Assembly (NCBI GenBank): GCA_024278985.1
Contig: JAJRSC010000025.1
Location: 1-21,235 of the forward strand
Length of the DNA: 21,235 bases
Direction of reading: 5' to 3'
Source of the DNA: an archaeon
GTDB lineage: Archaea > AGJL01 > Methanococci > Methanococcales > Methanocaldococcaceae
The translations under genes were made by a program, and so were the position numbers. Positions 18,354-21,235 of the stretch are shown here, one piece after another; position 1 is the stretch's first letter, and every line of letters begins with the position of its first letter. Below the pieces are notes generated by a model that worked only from the letters and a program-made list of their open reading frames with translations, did not search any database and was not told where the DNA came from.

Positions 18354-19418
18354 TTAATTTAAAATTTTTTCAAATCTTTTTTTCCAAGCAATTGGTTCTT
18401 CATTACATAATTTAACAGATTTTCTAACTACTTTTATAGCCCCTGTTGGACATGCTTTACTACATGCTCCACATAAAACACATAAGTTTTGATTTACAAC
18501 TAATTTTTTGACTTTTTGAGCTTTATCTTTTGGTTTTGGGAATTCTAAAGCAGAACATGGACATATGCTAACACATGCCTCACAAGCAGTACATTTTTCA
18601 TAATCAATAATAACCTCTCCATCAAAAGGTTTTTCTACTTTTATTGCATCAGTAGGACAGACAAATTCACACCATCCACAAGAGACACATTTATTTTTAT
18701 CTACAATAGTTTTTCCAGTTATGTCTTCATATATCTTAGCTCTTGGAATTCTTCTAATAAGAGGACACTTATAACAGATTATTTCTATTGCATCATGAGG
18801 ACATACAAATTCACAAACTCTACAATAGACACATTTTTCAGTATTTATTTTAATATTATCTACAGGTTTAGGGTCTGAAGGTGTTGGTTTTTTGTAGTTT
18901 AGTTCTATAGCATCTGCTGGACAATATTCTGCACAAATTCCACATAAGACACACTTATCCTTATTTATTATAGCTTCTCCAATAACAAACTTATGTCTTT
19001 CAGCTAAATTTCTCTCTACTTTTATGGCATCTCTTGGACAAACTATTTCACATTGCTTACATAAAACACATTTTTCTTGTGTGATATTGATATCCTTTCC
19101 AACAATTTTTGGATATCTTGAATCTTCTTTTATAGATTTTCCATTTATTTTTAAGTCAAGAGCATTAAAAAAACAACTGGCAGCACATAATCCACATAAA
19201 ACACATTTATTTTCATCAATATCTATTTTGTTAGCATCAACCAATCCTTTAGCAATAGCGCCTAAAGGTCCAAGTTTTATAGCTTCTACAGGACAGATAT
19301 CATAACATAATCCACAACCAACACAAGAATCTTTAAACCAGTATAAACATCTTTTTTCTATTTTTCCCTCTCTATATATTAAAAATCCTTCATCAAAATA
19401 ATCCTTAACTTTTCTCAT
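18354..19418 (-). CDS. fwdF: Formylmethanofuran dehydrogenase polyferredoxin subunit F
   Basis: Eight CxxCxxCxxxC motifs plus an extra CYKC; ATG 19418 after GGTGA. Confidence 0.94.
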   Translation of the reverse strand: MRKVKDYFDEGFLIYREGKIEKRCLYWFKDSCVGCGLCYDICPVEAIKLGPLGAIAKGLVDANKIDIDENKCVLCGLCAASCFFNALDLKINGKSIKEDSRYPKIVGKDINITQEKCVLCKQCEIVCPRDAIKVERNLAERHKFVIGEAIINKDKCVLCGICAEYCPADAIELNYKKPTPSDPKPVDNIKINTEKCVYCRVCEFVCPHDAIEIICYKCPLIRRIPRAKIYEDITGKTIVDKNKCVSCGWCEFVCPTDAIKVEKPFDGEVIIDYEKCTACEACVSICPCSALEFPKPKDKAQKVKKLVVNQNLCVLCGACSKACPTGAIKVVRKSVKLCNEEPIAWKKRFEKILN

Positions 19419-19866
19419 TAATTTCACCTTTTTTAATGAATTTTAATGCTTTAACAGGGCATTCTAAAACACATAACCCACAATATGAACAGTTGTTATA
19501 ATCAATAATAATATTAAGATTCTCCATTTTTATGGCATTACACTCTTCTTTACAAGTTCCACAAAAAATACATTTTTCTTTATCCCAAATCAACTCCACA
19601 TTATACAGTTCTTTTATTAATATTTTAGAAAGTTCTTTATCTTTACAAATACCATGAATTAATCTTGCTCCACATGCTGGTGGAAGATTCTCAATTATCT
19701 TTACAAAATCTAATATTTCTTTTTTTGGGAAAGTTCCTCTTAAATAATGAGATATAACAGACCTATCACACTTTAATATATTAGCTATCTCTTTATTTGA
19801 TAGACCTTTTTCTTTTAATTTAAATGTAACAATAGCCTTTATACCAGACAATAAATGTTTTGGCAT
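19405..19866 (-). CDS. fwdH: FwdH: N-terminal helix-turn-helix plus ferredoxin domain
   Basis: MPKHLLSGIK...GLSNKEIANILKCDRSVISHYLRG (HTH), CIFCGTCKEEC and CSYCGLCVLECP; first gene of the fwd operon. Confidence 0.88.
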   Translation of the reverse strand: MPKHLLSGIKAIVTFKLKEKGLSNKEIANILKCDRSVISHYLRGTFPKKEILDFVKIIENLPPACGARLIHGICKDKELSKILIKELYNVELIWDKEKCIFCGTCKEECNAIKMENLNIIIDYNNCSYCGLCVLECPVKALKFIKKGEINEKS

Positions 19867-19870
19867 ATAA

Positions 19871-19914
19871 ACTCACATTATTATGTGTATTACTCACAAT
19901 ATTTATATTTTATC
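19871..19914 (-). promoter_or_regulatory. Putative fwd operon promoter (BRE/TATA) with downstream inverted repeats
   Basis: Minus strand reads GATAAAA-TATAAATA (19914-19900), then TGTGAGTAATACACATAATAATGTGAGT, just before the fwdH ATG. Confidence 0.5.
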
Positions 19915-19928
19915 TGTAAAACCCTGTC

Positions 19929-19945
19929 AAAAAATTTTATATATT
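19929..19945 (+). promoter_or_regulatory. Putative BRE/TATA promoter for the MCP gene
   Basis: AAAAAATTTTATATATT matches the methanococcal AAANNTTTATATA consensus, about 120 bp upstream of ATG 20063. Confidence 0.45.
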
Positions 19946-20062
19946 AGAATGAGTATTAATCAACCAATAAACTTTTAATATATTTTTTATTAATTTGATT
20001 AAAAAACTTTTAAATAAAATTTAATAGTAAATTTTAATAACTAAATTGGGGTGGGGTTAGTA

Positions 20063-21235
20063 ATGAATGTTAAAATAAAAATAATTATGTTTTTTGTATC
20101 ATATATTTTATTATTTATATTATTTTCAATACTTATTTTATATAATCATAATATAGGAATATATTATATTATTGGATTATTTAATATTTTGGCTATTTTC
20201 CTATTTATTGGAACATATATATATTTAGATAAAAAAATATTTAAGCCATTGAAAGAATTAGAAAGATTAACTAAAGAATTCGCAGAGCAATCTTTAGACA
20301 TAAAGAGAGATAAAAGTGTAAAATTTACTAAAGGAGATGAAATAGGGAGGATATATTACTCTATAAAAGAAGTTTATTTATCATTTAGTAGTAAAGTCAG
20401 AGAAATTGAAGAAAGTAGAAAAGCACTTAGAAAATTATTAAATGAGATAAAAAAGGTTATGTTAGCTATAACAAATGGAGATTTAACTGTAAGGATGGAT
20501 GATAAAGGAGAAAGAAAAGAAGTACAAAAAATTATTAATAAAGCATTAGACCAGTTATCTTATATGATATGTAAGTTAGTTCAGCTTGTATTTATGCTTA
20601 AAGAAGAAGTTAATAGAGCTTATAAAGAAATTGATAAATTAAAAGAAGCTTCTGAACAAATCGCAGATGCTTCTCAACAAGTAGCGACAGCGGCAACAGA
20701 CCAATCTACAAAGTTACAAGATATAAGTCAAGAGTTGGAAGAAGTTACTAACATTACGAAGGGTGTTTATGACTCTGCATTAAGTGGAGTTGAAGCGGTT
20801 AATAAAGTTGAAGATGCTACAAATGTAGGAGTTAATAAAGTGGAGAATGCTATAGAAACAATGCAAAGAATTGCTAACGTTATAGATGAGTTGGGTAGAG
20901 CGTTAGAGGAACTTGGAAGAGAAAGCCAAAAAATTAACGAAATAACTGCACTAATTAAAGATATTGCAGAACAAACCGGTTTATTGGCCTTAAACGCATC
21001 TATTGAAGCGGCAAGAGCGGGAGATGCAGGAAGAGGGTTTGCAGTAGTCGCGAGTGAAATTAAAGGTTTAGCAGAAGAGATAAGTAAGTCGGTTGATGAT
21101 ATAAATAAAACAATCTCCGAAATACAAGAAAAAATAAATAAAACAATAGATTTAGGATTAGCAGGAAAGGATGAAGTTGATAAAGGAGTTGTTGCGATTG
21201 ATGAAGTTAATAATGCATTTATGAGAATTAAGGAA
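20063..21235 (+). CDS. Methyl-accepting chemotaxis protein (2 TM, tandem HAMP, MA domain), 3'-truncated
   Basis: Not in the ORF track because there is no stop in the window. Open from [11 protein letters not shown] to the edge. HAMP motifs KPLKEL...GDEIGRI and [10 protein letters not shown]; signalling hairpin [39 protein letters not shown]; GGGGTGGGG SD at 20048-20056. Confidence 0.96.
   Translation, partial: MNVKIKIIMFFVSYILLFILFSILILYNHNIGIYYIIGLFNILAIFLFIGTYIYLDKKIFKPLKELERLTKEFAEQSLDIKRDKSVKFTKGDEIGRIYYSIKEVYLSFSSKVREIEESRKALRKLLNEIKKVMLAITNGDLTVRMDDKGERKEVQKIINKALDQLSYMICKLVQLVFMLKEEVNRAYKEIDKLKEASEQIADASQQVATAATDQSTKLQDISQELEEVTNITKGVYDSALSGVEAVNKVEDATNVGVNKVENAIETMQRIANVIDELGRALEELGRESQKINEITALIKDIAEQTGLLALNASIEAARAGDAGRGFAVVASEIKGLAEEISKSVDDINKTISEIQEKINKTIDLGLAGKDEVDKGVVAIDEVNNAFMRIKE

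Noticed and set aside
19024-19305. 93-aa plus-strand ORF
   Set aside because: Antisense shadow of fwdF.
18354-19418. Recurring GGACA/ACACA...CACA DNA motifs
   Set aside because: They encode the CxxCxxCxxxCP ferredoxin repeats of FwdF; not CRISPR or tandem DNA repeats.

Overview
AT-rich archaeal DNA from a Methanocaldococcus-like methanogen (Methanococcales; inferred from protein similarity, GGTGA Shine-Dalgarno motifs and gene order). Four blocks are present. (1) 1-8390: the 3' part of the spc ribosomal-protein operon (uL24 partial, eS4, uL5, uS14, uS8, uL6, eL32, eL19, uL18, uS5, uL30, uL15), then secY, adkA and an EMC3/TMCO1 (DUF106) insertase. (2) 8429-14726: a DUF364 gene converging on a tightly coupled five-gene minus-strand operon (dtdA, larB, tandem-repeat DUF2226-like protein, membrane-anchored roadblock-like protein, YkgJ Cys-cluster protein), and a divergent TrkA-N/DHH phosphoesterase. 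(3) 14733-19866: formylmethanofuran dehydrogenase operon fwdHFGDA-ybjQ-fwdC, lacking fwdB. (4) 20063-end: a 3'-truncated methyl-accepting chemotaxis protein. Main oddities: two in-frame TAA codons at expected Glu positions in uL24 and the essential uL5; an abrupt CpG/GCG enrichment confined to the MCP signalling domain; an MCP with no extracellular sensor domain; a candidate operator upstream of the HTH-ferredoxin FwdH; a possible PATAN-like/roadblock positioning module; and strong GATC avoidance. No rRNA, tRNA, CRISPR array or mobile element was seen. Homolog comparisons are from memory and counts are by hand.
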